This document shows positions 47,845 through 48,681 of a DNA stretch of 48,681 bases, one piece after another. A program made the position numbers and the translations under genes. The notes beneath the pieces are model-generated. The model searched no databases, was not told the origin of the DNA, and saw only the letters and a program-made list of their open reading frames with translations. Numbering within the stretch: position 1 is the stretch's first letter; each line of letters opens with the position of its first letter. This DNA comes from Eggerthellales bacterium UBA1419 (lineage in GTDB: Bacteria; Actinomycetota; Coriobacteriia; Coriobacteriales; UBA8131), in NCBI GenBank assembly GCA_002305585.1, contig DBPN01000046.1, forward strand, positions 32,014 to 80,694, written 5' to 3'.

Positions 47845-48681
47845 ATGACACCGGCCAGGATCCATGGTCCGCGGCTGTTGTTGATAGCCACGACGGTTAT
47901 CCTACTCGCCTTTGGGCTGGTGATGATCTACAGCGCTTCGTCTATCGTCGGATTGAATGAACACGGCGACAGCTCATACTACTTCACAAGACAGCTTAGT
48001 CTGATACTGGTTGGCTTGGTGGTGCTTGGTGTCGCAGCCTGGATTCCCTACGCTGTGTGGGAGAACGTATTCTCCTGGCTCGTATGGGGGTTATTGCTAC
48101 TGTTGCTTATCCTCACATTGGCACTTGGTACAGAGGAGTTGGGGGCTAAGAGATGGGTCACGCTGTTTGGTCAGAGTTTCCAGCCTTCCGAATTCGCCAA
48201 GATCGCTCTGATTTTAGTAACCGCGGGTCTGGTTGTCAGGTTGCGCGAACAGAGGATCGATCTTCGCACCTTCATAGTGTTGATTGCCATAACTGTAGCG
48301 GCACCTATCATCTTGATCGCCTTTCAAAAAGACCTGGGTACGGTGATCATAGCAGTCTTCGGCATCCTCGCCGTCCTGTGGTTTGGCGAATTCCCGCGTA
48401 TACCGATATTCATCGGGATTGGATTGCTGGCAGTCATCGGCATCTCCTCCATCGCAATCGAGGGTTATCGACAAGCACGCATCGCTGCCTTTATCGATCC
48501 CTGGTCCGACCCGCTGGGTTCGGGGTATCAGATCATCAATGCCTTCTATGCATTCAGTGATGGTGGCCTGTTTGGGGTTGGCTTAGGTATGTCGCGGCAG
48601 AAGTTTCTCTATCTCCCCGAAGCGCATAACGACTTCATCTTCGCTATCATCGGTGAAGAGCTCGGATTGTTTGGAGCCTTG
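47845..48681 (+). CDS. ftsW: SEDS-family peptidoglycan glycosyltransferase FtsW (5' partial, runs off the window end)
   Basis: I translated this ORF manually, because an open-ended ORF does not appear in the track. It reads MTPARIHGPRLLLIATTVILLAFGLVMIYSAS...FQPSEFAKIALI...QKDLGT...EAHNDFIFAIIGEELG and stays in frame to 48681. Confidence 0.9.
   Translation, partial: MTPARIHGPRLLLIATTVILLAFGLVMIYSASSIVGLNEHGDSSYYFTRQLSLILVGLVVLGVAAWIPYAVWENVFSWLVWGLLLLLLILTLALGTEELGAKRWVTLFGQSFQPSEFAKIALILVTAGLVVRLREQRIDLRTFIVLIAITVAAPIILIAFQKDLGTVIIAVFGILAVLWFGEFPRIPIFIGIGLLAVIGISSIAIEGYRQARIAAFIDPWSDPLGSGYQIINAFYAFSDGGLFGVGLGMSRQKFLYLPEAHNDFIFAIIGEELGLFGAL

Overview
This window is almost entirely densely packed core housekeeping DNA with one accessory-looking insert. 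The synteny suggests an Actinomycetota genome, probably Coriobacteriia-like, but that taxon call is inference. I found 42 protein-coding genes; 38 of them, including every gene from 642 to 27625 and from 32203 to the end, are on the + strand, and many are joined by overlapping stop and start codons. I saw no rRNA, tRNA, CRISPR array, transposase or phage gene.

Gene content from left to right:
- rpmB, a small acidic repeat protein and rarA
- a DUF948-like protein and an AI-2E permease
- alaS-ruvX-mltG, then a YqeG-type HAD phosphatase
- a shikimate block: aroE, aroC, aroK, aroB, aroQ
- pepP-efp
- a carboxyltransferase-BCCP fusion plus biotin carboxylase
- asp23-nusB-xseB-dxs-tlyA-nadK-recN-steA and a SteB/MctB-like gene
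- a three-gene envelope module
- pyrG, an M20 peptidase, a conserved unknown and xerD
- the start of the dcw cluster: mraZ-rsmH-ftsL-ftsI-murE-murF-mraY-murD-ftsW, truncated at the window end

Most interesting observations:
1. A compact glycan and flippase module at 27.6-33.2 kb is wedged into the otherwise conserved steA-steB / pyrG synteny. It contains a 1209-aa MurJ with an unassigned ~680-aa N-terminal ectodomain plus 11-TM extension.
2. A complete accB cistron, with its own Shine-Dalgarno and start codon, is embedded in frame at the 3' end of an OadA/PycB-type carboxyltransferase ORF.
3. A dense CTGTC pentamer array and three GTGGGAT direct repeats (putative MraZ boxes) lie in the 307-bp leader upstream of mraZ.
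4. An unknown-function gene is translationally coupled to xerD.

All family assignments come from motif recognition by eye. No database search was run.
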